From the NCBI GenBank assembly GCA_013265495.1, contig MU057887.1:1313985-1377984 (forward strand): a stretch of DNA of 64,000 bases, given 5' to 3'. The notes below the pieces were generated by a model, which saw nothing but the letters and a program-made list of their open reading frames with translations, did no database searches and had not been told where the DNA came from. The stretch is from Vicugna vicugna. Lineage: Eukaryota. Positions 12,501 to 24,500 of the stretch are shown piece by piece; within the stretch, counting starts at the first letter, position 1; every line of letters begins with the position of its first letter. The position numbers and the translations under genes are program-made.

Positions 12501-15500
12501 CAGAGGGAAACAGGATGAGAGCGTTTGTTCTGTTTCTGTCCTTGGCTGGGTGGGGCTGTGTGTCTGACATGTGATGAGTGCTGGGAGGAGAAAGTCGACC
12601 TCCACAAGGCAGCTGAGAGCCAGCTTCCTGGCCTCTGGGGGCCTTGGTGACTCAGCCCTGAGTCCCTGAACACCGTAGGTGGGGCAAGGATGGGAGAAAG
12701 GCAGTGTTGGGGGGATGCTGGAGACACTGCGGGATCTGGGGAGTCCAGCCTGAGGCCGTCAGTGGCAAGTCCAGTCGGAGGCGCTCTGAAATGGACCTTC
12801 AGAGTTCTGCCTCGGCCCACAGTGGCCTCATCTGGTCCTCCTGAAAGGGGCAGGCTGCCCTGGCCAGGACTCACATGGCCCATCAGCTGGGACATGTGGG
12901 CAGGCTCCCCTCCAGGTCCTAGGAAGGAGGGCTGGCAGGGGAACAGAGGGGAGAGGGAAGAGAAAACCCCAGGCCAGACCCCCATCTGAGCGCCACCCTG
13001 AGATCTTCTGCCCAATCCTCGCTGCCATCCCATCAGCCCAGCCTCCCGGAGTCTCGGTGTCTGTGTCAAGGACACCCCCACCCCAACAGACACAAGAGCA
13101 GGGGACAGAGAGCCATCCCCGATGCACACGGAGGCCTCTTGCTCAGGCGCCAGGTGGCGTCCCTACGGGAGCTCCCCAGAGCCCAGGCGCACTGGGAACA
13201 CAAGGGCCACCTGGCGCCAAGTCCACCTGGATGGGCCATGTTCTCTCCAGAAACAAAAGCCAGAGCTGTGGGAGGGAACCGCTGTAGGCAGTACAAAGCA
13301 GGGTCCCAAGCAGCTGAAAAAGCAGAATCCTAGGTTATGACGGGAGACATGCCCTCTCCCTCAGACACTGGAAATGGTCAGGAAGCGGGGGCCCGTCTTT
13401 GTGATGGGCAGAGGGCAAACCCGGGCTGGGTGAACCCCTCACCAGCCCCCACGACCCCGTACAAAGCTAGGCTGGCTTAGCAAGGGGAAGAACGGGGAGG
13501 CTGGGTTGCTGCCTTAAATAATGTGAAGAGTAAGCCCACAAAACCACCTCCGGGGGAAAGTGTTAGAAACCAACATGTGAAGATTCGAAGGGGCCGAACA
13601 TGCAGGGACTTCTGCACTGAACAGACCACCTTTTCCAGAAACAGAACAAAGACAAACGCTAACGCGCAATCAATCATTTCAACCTGCCAGTAATCTGGGA
13701 GATGAAAAACCTGCCCAGAGATGGGATTGTGAGTTTACAGAAAACCCATCAAAACCAGGCGCGGTGCCAAGCCCAGAATTACGGGCACCGCATTCCTTCT
13801 CTTCTTCGTGCTCACCAGCGCGTGGAGGCTGCAGAGCTCTCCTTCCAGGCGGCGGCGGCAGCAGAGTCGGCGCCTGAAACCAGCGGACGGCCTCCCCGCG
13901 TTTCCCACGCGGGGTTCAGTTGCAAGGAGTGGCCTGTTGCGGGCTCTCCGTCCCCTCTGTTCCGACCACTCAAAGGCACCCTTGAAGGGTTTTGCAGCCA
14001 GTCAGGCAGCCCCCCGACCCCAAGCTCCCCTGGCTGATGCCGCGACAAGGACTTGTGCACAGGGACAGGTGCGCGGAACCCGCGGGGAGCAGAGGAGCGG
14101 CCAGGGCAGCAGCACGCCCGCCCCGGGAGCCAGAGGATCGCTCACGGGTCCGCCCTCTGCGCCAGGCCAGGCGCTCCCCTTGACGAGGCTGGCAAGCCGC
14201 CAAGGTCATCATGAAGCCCCCTCAAGGTCGCCTGCCTAGATTCCCTGCCTCTCTAACTACCACCCTTCTCCCGAGGGGGTCTGAGGGGTCCCCGTTTGCA
14301 CCAAGGGGAGGAAGAGCCTCAGCGTGCAAGGGCCAGACAGAAAGTGCCCTCTGGGTCTTTTTATTCCGTGCTCTCCTGGCCTGTCCGTTCCCACAAACAC
14401 ATCTCGTCACCTGGGGGCTGCCTCCCCAGGCTCAGCTCTGCACTTTCTCAGCCCCCAGGAAACAGGCGTATCCAGGCTCACCCGGACCCACTACTCTGAG
14501 TTTCCATTTCATGGTGGCGCGCCCTTCTGGAGACTCGAGGCACTGCCCACTCCTCCCGCCCTCCCCCTTTCACACCCACTCCCACCAGACTCCTGCCCTT
14601 CTCCTGCCGCGCGTTGTCCTGGCCTCAGCTCCAACCATAGGACCTAGGAAGATGCCATCCTCCCTTCCTCCACCTTTCCCACCCATCTTCCCTGCTGCCA
14701 GGGTCCTGTTCCTAAGACGCACACCGGTCATGGTTCTCCACAGCACAATGCTGCACGCAAAACAGAGGTGGTGCTGCCTACTTGGCCAGCTCCACAGGCT
14801 CCGGATGATCAGACGTGATCCTGGCCCCTCCCACTGGATGGTGAGTGGACGGTCCTGTTCAGCCCGCCTCTGACCACCTGACATTCATGTACCAGCATCC
14901 ACGTGCGTGTCTACAGGGCGGGCTCTGTGGGCAGAGGTGGGCGGCCTTCTAGGATCTGGGTATTTGGTAGATTTAATACATTGACAATCAATAGTCCTCA
15001 CCGTGTGAGGAACAAAGAAATGACAGCAGTGTCCACAGCAGGAGCAGGTGGGTGTGGTGTTGGAACAGCCCACTGAGACACTGAGGGCCCATCGCTCCCC
15101 ATGGGAGAGATCAAGATTAGGCGAGAGTCACCTTTGAACTTTCTGGAGTCACCACATAGGCACATGGGATGGTCCGCTGGCCTCATGTCCCCCCAGGGCT
15201 AGTATGGTCACCAGTCAGTGGTGGACAAAGGAACTCACACACAGTGAACGGTCTACCCTGGGCACTCGGCCTTTCTGGCCCTGGCTCTCTCGCCTGGGAG
15301 AAGGCTGCTGCACCTCCCAGGGCCCCAGGGATATTTCAGTGAGCTAAAGTGTGCGTGTAAGTCCTCGGGCACAGAGCCAGCACCACCGCCCTCACCCCCA
15401 TCAACTTGCTATGACCCTTGTATTTGGGAAAATCCCCGTGCAAAAATGGAAAATCGCTTGCTTGCTACCAGCCAGGGACCAAACCACAAATCTCCCTCCA

Positions 15501-18500
15501 CCCTCTTGCCTTTCTTTTCCCCAGTGATCTCAGCAGGGCCGCCATCTCCCCCGCCAGAGCTGGTCCCTGCCCCATTTCCCAGCAACCTCGCCCCAGCCAC
15601 CAGCCAGCCCCTCCCTCCTTCCCCTCGAATTATGAACCACGGGGCTGGGGTCCCGCACATCCTACAGAAGTGCCCCCACCCCCAGCCCGTCCTCTGGCTG
15701 CAGTCAGTACCTCAACCTCTCCTCCCGTGAAGCCAAGCTACTTCACAGCATCTCTCCCAAGGCCTCTCTGCAGTCATTTCTACCCACTCCTTTGTGACCT
15801 ACATTTTAAATATACTTTGTGGGGGATGAGCAGGACTGTAACTGACTATATACATCCAGCCCCAGTAACAGCCAGCTACCTTGCTAAACTGCAGTTATTT
15901 CTTACGTGTCCGTAGATTGGTTTGGCTTTTCTGTCAGGTCCATCGTATTGACTATGTAATCTAACCACCTAACGGTAACTTCCGTGAGCCTATGCAACAC
16001 CCCATGAACCCCTGTGACTCCCCAGGAGCCCACACAACACTCATGAGCCCACAGGACCTGGCGTGGCTTGAGCAAGACACCCCGTGTTTAACCAGACAAC
16101 ATCAAAGCTCCCCCGTCTTCCTCTGGCCCACGATTCTCTCCCAGCAACCCTGTCTCGTCAGCCCTGGCTACCCACCAGCACCACCTGGCTGAGATCGGGG
16201 CCTGTCCTAGACTGCTCGCTCCTCCTCTGGGGTGCACCTGCGCTTTCACAGAAAGTGTGGCCGTGACTCCTCAGAAAGGCAGGGCAGGGAGATCTTACCG
16301 GGCACAGACGTTTTCAGGCTCAAGGGACAGCTCGCAGGACTCTGGGGTCTCACAAATGACTTAATTATGAGGAAAGCCCTAGCACCTGGGTCAGGAAAGT
16401 AAGGGTGGAGGCCGATGAGGCCCCTGGCTCCGGTGTAGGGAGATTTCTGTGTGCTTGGCCTGGGTCCTCAGCTTCCCAGAGGCTCCCAGCTACACCCACC
16501 GGAGTCAAACAGCAGGGCATCCTGCTCCACCTGGCCCCTCCCTGCTTCAGCTTCGGAGGAAGGTTGGCCGGAGTGCGCGCCCACGGAGCCAAGTGGAGGA
16601 TGAGGCCGGAGGAGGGGCCGGGCCACACCCAGAGGCGTGGCCGGAAGAGGGGCGGGGCCATGCAGGAGGCCTGGCCAGGGGGCGGGCCCACAACGGGAGG
16701 CGTGGCCAGAGGGGGGGTCCTCACCGGGTTTTCCGTCTGGTCAATTCCAATCACGAAGACCAGCTGGGAGAAGAAAAGCGCCACGATGAGGTTCTTGTGG
16801 ATGCCGTGCAGGTTGGAGCGCAGCCTCCGCACCAGGGCCAGGAGCACGAAGGCCACCAGCAGGGCAGCCAGGGACAAGGCCACGGCCGCGTAGGTGACGA
16901 TCTTCAGGGGCAGGACCTCTCCGTGCTGCGGGCGGGTAGGTTAAAGGCAGAGAACATCTAAGGGCCGGCTCTTATGGAGCTTTTGCACAATAAAGACATG
17001 TTAACACATGGATGATTGTGGACAGGAACCAGCGCGACCACCACGTGGCCCTCAGAGCAGCAAAAACCCAGAACAGAAACCCAATGAATAGTTTAGAGTG
17101 ATAAACAAAAAGTTCCGGAGATGTTGGTGGTGACACTTGCAAAGACTGAACATACTTAATGCCTTTTAATGGTTGAGATGATGAATTTTATGTAACATGT
17201 GTTTTGCCACAACAATAAAATAAAAAACAGAAAACCTCACACCTAAATGCTGCTGTCCGGGAGAGGATGAGCCTGTCCACCCAAATTCCGAGCTGAGAGA
17301 CCTTCAAATAGACTCTCAGGTCACACAAAAGGCAGAGATGTCACAGCTGCCGGAAACCGCGGCTCTCCCCTGTGCTTTCGCGAAAGGTGACACTCGTCCA
17401 GGACCCAGTGCCCTGCAGAGTTTTGGCATTTGGGGAACAAGCAGCTCTGGTCCTCAGGTAACTTCTGGAAAGGACTGTTCTGAACTCACACAGAACTGTG
17501 AGCGGGGCTGCCTGGGGGACGTGGGGGTCAGGGCGTGCGGTGGGACGGGGGACCGAGTGCTCAGGGATCTCTCCCACACCCGGGTGTCCCTGGAGGCTAT
17601 GTTTTGCTGCAAGAGGCCAAAGCCACAGCATCACCCACTCCCTCACGGCTTGGGGGGCTAATCAGAGGCCTCTGGCTTTGGGGCACCAGGGGCATGGGAG
17701 CCTTGGTTCCTACCCTGGTTTAATTTCTTCCCCCTGAATTTCCGCTTCCTTTGTCTGTGAGTCTGTTCCTGGCGCTGTCCGGCTTCCTGGACATGGGAGG
17801 ACCCCCCAGTCCTGCCCCTCTATGGACAGAGACTTCTAATGATTAACCCCTTCCAGGCCGGGACCTGGGGCTACATGCTCAAAAGTGTCCCTGCCCCGGG
17901 GAGCTCTGCTGTCTCGGGCGCCCAAAGGCACGCCCTCTGCACTGGTCACCCTGACATCCGTTAGCAGTAACTTAATGTGGCAGAAACTTGGGCTACTGCC
18001 TAGTGGAGAGCACCCCCTGGGGTGGGGGGAGGTTGGGAAGAAGATGGCCTGGCTGCCCGTGACAAGTCCCAGGCTTGAAAATAGGGTGAGGTCCCCAGGC
18101 CGCTGTCTGGCAAGGCTGACCTGGCCCTGCCCAGGGCCCCACCGCCCAGCCCATCCGAGGCCCTCCGAGGCCAGCTTGCGTTCCCAGGCACTGAAGATGC
18201 TCGAGGTTAAACATTAGCCGCCCCGCTGCTCAGTGCCTCCTGACCAAGCCTCCCTCGTCCTACAGGCCAGCGGCGTGCGTGGCGCTGAAGGGAGGCACTC
18301 CCTTAGCTCCTCCCAGCCATGTCTTTTCTTCCTTAAAATTTCAAGTGAGGAAGAAACTGCAGCAGCTAACAGACTGCTGAGAACCCCGCTCTGAGGTCAG
18401 GTGTAAACTCCAGGAGCTTCTTTTCAGTCTGAGGTTTGGAACAGCCGTCAGTTTTTAATTTACAACCTGCCCTCTCTGAAAACCCTCAGAAGGGGGTTTT

Positions 18501-21500
18501 GTTATGGAAATCAGAACAGATTCTGGCCAGTCCTCCTGCCACCCAGTTTTTCATTGTGGATTCAGTTTGTTCAGAGTGCTTGGAGGGAAAGACAGAGCTG
18601 GTCGAGGGGCAGGACTAGGGGATGGGCTGGTCTAGGGGATGGGCTAAGTTTCCAGAGGGAGGAGTTCCTGGACACAATTGCCAGGTGGGCAGGGGTGCCT
18701 GGGGGGCTGCGCCCACCTCGCGCCGGGAGACGTCCATCAGCACGGCTGAGCTGGTCGCGTGGCTGCACTGGCAGGTGACGTGGGTCCGGTTTCGGGACAG
18801 CAGCTCACAGCCCTTGGCCGACCACCCTCCAGTCCCACCGAGGCTGCAGAGAAGAGGGGTTGAGGCTGTTCCCTCCACGGCCTATGTCTCCCGGACTCTC
18901 CCACCCGTGCCGGGGGCCAACAGCATCCTCACTGGGCCCAAGGCAAGTGCCACTGTCACCACTGTGAGGACCACGGCCCTGGCTGCTCCCCTGGGACCGT
19001 GTGAACCTCCTTTCTTCCCTTTTGAGGCTGGTGGGGCCCTCTCAGAAGCACCCTCTGAAGTTCACCTTTCAGGAGTCACCCAGCAGTAAAACTTAAATGG
19101 GATGTCAGAGGCCACCACACGCCTCTTTTGTTGGAGACATTAGTCAGTTGTTAAAATAGCCACTTTGTACTTTAGTCTCCTTTTCAGTCTGGATGATTTA
19201 AGAAGAAACACCTCACGTCCATCTGACACTTTCATCTTCGGATTGCACAATGTTTTATAGCCACTGCCTGGAAGCAGGGCCCAATTATTACCCCGCTTTC
19301 CTGATGGGAAGCCCCAAATGACAGGCTGCTACAGGTGTGTGTTGGCCTCAGACAGGGCCCTGCCCTCCCTGACGCTGGGAAAGGCAACGAACTTCCCTGA
19401 TCCTTAGTTGACTCATCTGTAAAATGGGATGTGAGGGCTCACACATGACGGCCAAGAACCTGCAGACCTGGGTGGCAGGTGCCGCACAAAGCAGAGGGGG
19501 TTAATTAGAGCATGGGCTAATTGCCAGGATTCAATCCGGCGAGCACGAGAGACAGCGAGCCCGACGCAAGCCAGACAGACTCAACACTTCCCTGGTTGTG
19601 AAAGGGGGCCCCTCGTTCTCTCTTTTGTAAGCCAAGCGTCTATTACGCTCCAGGCATGATGCTGGTTGCTCATTAATTCGAATTCAGAAAATACAGAAGG
19701 AGGGAGAGTGATGCGTGGTGTCTGCTGAGCCAAACCTGCTTCCCAGTGTGAGCGCCCAGGACGGCGCCCGTGGCAGCGCCCGCTCAGTCGGGTGGCAACA
19801 CAACTTGGGGGAATCTTTGTGCTGCTCGGGAGTGAACTCCCAAATGCATGAAACTCTGCCTTGGTTCACGCAGGGGTTGGGGAGTTGGGGGAGATGGGTG
19901 CTGGGGAGGCGGGCAAAGCCTCGCAGGGTAAAATGAGCCAGCAGCTGCCGTGCTGGTCTCCGGGGCGGGATGGCTGGGGTCAGGGACAGGACCACCCCTC
20001 CCAAGCTGGGATTTCCCTCCATCAGCAGAAGGACCCCTGGGCCCAGTCTCCGAGTCCTGCCTCCCACGTGTGTCCAGAACTAGCCCCTGCCGCGTTTGCT
20101 GGTGGACTGGGCGCTTGCGTGCGGCTGCGTCCCGGGAGTCCGTGCTGGGATCTGTGTGTGCCTGTGCATGTGTTTCTAGGTGTGTGTCCGTGTGCATTTG
20201 TGTACACACGTGCATGTTCATAACTGGGCGCAGGTGCAAACGTGCAAGTCTGTGTTTCCAGGTGTGCATGTAGGTGCATGTGTGTGTGTAACTATGTGCT
20301 TATCAAGGACTCTGACACCCCCAGGACACTCTGCCAGTGCAGCACTGGGGACCTGTGGGCGGGCACACCTGGCCTCAGCAAAGCCCTGGCCCCCCAGAAA
20401 CACAGAACTATGGGGCCGGAGGTGGAGCCCCGGCCCCGGCGTCACCCTTACGTGATGGAGTGGTTCCAGAACACACAGACGGGCTTGGTGCGCTCCTCGG
20501 CCTCCAGGAGGGTGTGCTCCACCAGGACGGGCCGCTGCAGGGGGCTGGGCAGCGGGGCCCCCTCGCTGTACACCACCGCGCTCACCACCGGCGTGTTAAT
20601 GACGGGCCGGTTAGGCAGTCTGCGGGGGAGAAGCCAGAGCACAGGGCAGCCCCGGGTGCAAACCTGGCGAGGACACGGGACAGGGGTCTCTCCGGGGGGG
20701 GCCGAATGAAGGACACCAGCTCGGAGCGGCGGCCTCTGGAGAAGGTGCGGCTGGGGCGGCGGCGAGCTTGGTGAGGGCTCTGTCACTGACGGGCGAGCAC
20801 AGGGACAAAGGTGGACTTGGGAAATTTAGAAACGAAGACAGGGTGTTGGGGCCCCTGACATATTAGCAACAGCAGAACACTGGGACTGTCGGAGACTTCT
20901 GATCAAAGGAAATGGGTGGAAGGATTACGGCTCAGTCACCAGGGAGGATGGATGAAGACCTCAGGCCAGGGCAGTATCTGGAAGGTGATGTTAAGGTTGA
21001 AAAAGTGAGGCCTCCGGGGCGCCCGCCGCTGACCCGGCCCTGAGGCCCTTGGGCGGCTTTTGCTTCTCCAGCTGGTACTTACTGCGCTGCCCTCAGGGCT
21101 GGGCCCACAGGGGTCGGAGGCAGCCAGGTGTGCGAGGAGGCCCTCCCAGCAGGAGTTACGCTGCTGAGCCCGGGGCCTGTGCTGGGGAGGGGCGCTCCTC
21201 GCAGAAACACCAGGAACGGTGCCTGTCTGGCAGACCCGGAACCTCTGTCCGAGGGACATCACACGGCAGAGATGCCTGGCCTTGGGCCAGGGTCACTATC
21301 TAGTGTCCTTATCCAGATGTTGCAGTGGTGGAGATTGTGACTCATGGAAGCTCAGAACCCTCTGGAAATCCCCTACTCCCCCACCCCCTGTGCTCCTGGA
21401 ACCAGCCTTACCTGAGGCTGCGGCGGTCGGGGTCATAGTGCTCCGGCAGGAGCTGCCCCAGGGTCCGGTAGACGATGACCAGGGCGACAGCGAACTGGCC

Positions 21501-24500
21501 AGGCTCGTCAGGGTGCCTCTTCCGCCTCCTGAAAGGGGCCTCAGTCTGGGCGCTGGGCCGCGGGCGTGTCGTCTGTGGGGTGGCCTTGCGACCGGCTGGT
21601 CTCACCGTGGGGCCCTCTGCAAGGTGAGCATAGAGTGAGGATGGGGGCCGGACACCCGCTTTCTACCTGAGCCAGTGCCTCCTGAAATCAACAGATGCTC
21701 TGTGGAAAACAGGAGGCGGTTCCTTAAAAGGTCAAACAAGGAGCCACGGTCTGCCCCTGCGACCCCACTTCTGGGTGAGTGCCCCGAGAACTGAAAGCAG
21801 GGAATGACAGACACTCGCACACCCACGTCCACGGCAGCCAACAGGTGCAAGCAGCCCAGGTGCCCATCAACAGATGATGGACCAGCAAAATGTGGTCCGT
21901 CCACACAAGGGACTAGCATTCAGCTTTAGAAAGGACAGAAGCGCTGACACAGGCTGTACCGCGTCATGCTCAGCGAAAGAAGCCCATCAAATACTGTGCG
22001 CTTCCACTTACAGGAGGGGCCTGGGACGGAACTCACGGACAGGAGAACGGCGGTACCGGAGGCTGGAGGGGAACTGTGGGGCGTGGGTACTTAATGGGTG
22101 CAGCATTTCAGGTCTGCAGGGTGAGAAAGTCCTGGCGGTGGACGGTGGTGACGGTTGCCCAAGAACGCGAGTGTCCTTAATGCTGCTGAGCTGCATGCCC
22201 CAGCGGTGAGATGGGCACACTGCACGCTGGATGTCTTCCACCAGTTTTTAAACAGCAGCAGGTGTCACGTGACGACTGCCTGACGTCCGTGACCCAGTGC
22301 AGGGTCTCCACCCAGGGCAGCGCCGGGGGCACAGAGGAGGGACTACTAGAGTTCATGCGGGTTCGTGTCCCTCACTTTTATTTTGGGTAACACGTGGGTG
22401 TGTTTTAAACTGTGCGTGCTCGAGGGGTATGAGAGGCCATGTGAGGAACTCATAAATAAATAAATGTACGCATTTTGGGGTGTACACGCTTAAAATTTCT
22501 TGCCACTGATTGGAGAGTGCACCATGGATGCTGGAGGCCCTGGTTTAAACCCGAATGTCCCAGTCTGTGTGCCCCTCAGGGTTTGGCCCTCAGCCCTGTC
22601 CCACCAGCAGAGGACCACTTCCCTCCGCTCTCAGCTACCCTTGCAGGAGGTTCACAGCCACACTCACCCACATTTTCAATAACCCACAAAGTGCCCCTGG
22701 CCATGCCTCGACCAGGAGTCATCTCTGCAAACATCCAGACCCCCCACCACCCAGCACACATACCCAGAGCACGGGCCCAGGGGGGCAGGCGGCCGCGCCC
22801 TGAAGGTGGCTTCTGGGAGGAGCGACACGGCTGGGGGGCTCTGGGGTCCAGGAGGGGAGCCTGTGGGGGGCTGGAGGGTGCAGTGGGGGAGGGTCTCCCC
22901 TCTGCCCCCGTGATGGGGACAATGCAGGCTGAAAGGCGAAGCTCAGAGCAGCTGACGGATCCCAGCCAAACCCCCTCTGACTAGCCAGGGTCTGCCCCGA
23001 GGCGGCCACCCACACTTCTCATATCCCCCAACCCTGCTCAGGGCCATGCTGGTCAGCAGCTGGTTAAAATCACTTGTTAGCCACACTCAGCCTGGTTAAA
23101 AGCACCGGTTAGCCACACCCAGGCTGGTCAGCAACACTGGTTGGCCACACTCAGGCTGGTTAACAGAAATGGTTAGCCACACTCAGGCTGGTCAGCAACA
23201 CTGGCTAGCCACACTCAGGCTGGTCAGCAACACTGGCTAGCCACACTCAGGCTGGTCAGCAACATTGGTTAGCCACACTCAGGCTGGTTAACAACACTGG
23301 TCAGCTACTCTCAGACTGGCTGACAACACTGGTTAGTGACATTCAGGGGGGTCACTGACACTCGGGCCGGTCGGCAGCTCTGGCTTCGGGGTCAGCGGGG
23401 AGGTGGCTTTCACTGTTTCCCAGGGCCTGGCTGAGCGGCTTCTGGGAAGGTGCGTGTAGGAGCCACAGCTGGTGCCCTCGCCGGTCCGGCATCCCCACCC
23501 GCTCTCCTACCTTGGCAGGCCGGTCACCCGACTGCGCCGCCCCAGCTCTTCCTCTGGGGGAAGGCAGCGCAGGCTGCGGGATTCTGCAGTGGAGTGCCCG
23601 ATGCTCCCCAGATTGGGTGGTACTCCCAGGTCTCCCCACCCCAACTTGGGCCAGACGCCACCAGGTCAAGTCAAGTGCATCTGCGGCTCCCACAAAGTGG
23701 AACCAACTCCGTAAGTTCTGCCTCGGCGTCCCCACTGCCCCTGCTGCCTCTCGTTCAGCTGCTTCTCTGAAGCAGGAGACGGGACGGGCTCCCAGGCAGC
23801 CCCGCACCAGCTCCAGGCCTCCAGGCCCCCCTCCAGCAGGGCTGCCACCTCCCAGGAGCATCGCATGAGAAGCTGCAGCAGAAGATGCACCAGACAGCAC
23901 TCCTGGTCACAGTGTCCTCCCCGGAGCGTGTCACAACCCGAGAGCACGCACAAGTGGGGACAAGCCCGCCCCTTCCCCGTGTCTCCTGGCCCCAGACGCA
24001 TCGCTGGTCTAAAGCCCCAGTTTCTTCCGTGACTCATTTGGCCCACTGTGTCTCCAACTAACCGGGTCAGCTAGCAAGTGGGTACCAAGGTCCCTCTTGG
24101 GCAAAGCATCCAGGGTACCTCACCCTAGCGGAAAAGGCAACACTCCCACATTGTCTGGGTCAAGGGTGGGATGAGACCCTGCCTGGGACAAAGTCAGGGC
24201 CAAGAAGGGGTCTGGGCCGAGGGGGAAGCTCAGTGTCTGAGGAAGGAGGATGTTGGCTCAGTGCAGCCCGAAGGGGCAGGTGAGAGGTGGGCAGAGGGTC
24301 TGAGCCAAGCCCTGGGGCTGATGTGGTCACCCTGTAGGTGGCGGGGGGAGAAAGGGGTCACCTGGGTGGGACACCTAAGCCACTGGTGGGCCACTGAGGG
24401 GCCTGGGGGCCGGGCTGCACCCCCCAACCCCTGGGAAGCTCACCCACATCTGTGGCTAAGGGCCTCTGGAGTGCTTGCCCTCTGTGTCTCTGCCACATGG

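Noticed and set aside
19225-19460. Additional MIR fragments (also near 51080-51130) and an L1ME-like piece at 22340-22500
   Set aside because: Similarity is too short and decayed to call without a profile search.
20150-20295. RBFOX (UGCAUG) cluster in the TG-rich tract
   Set aside because: The TGCATG motifs are on the plus strand; the pre-mRNA strand reads CAUGCA, so they are not RBFOX sites for CELSR1.
23050-23346. CRISPR-like array
   Set aside because: Units are head-to-tail with no unique spacers, there are no cas genes, and the context is a mammalian intron; it is a minisatellite.
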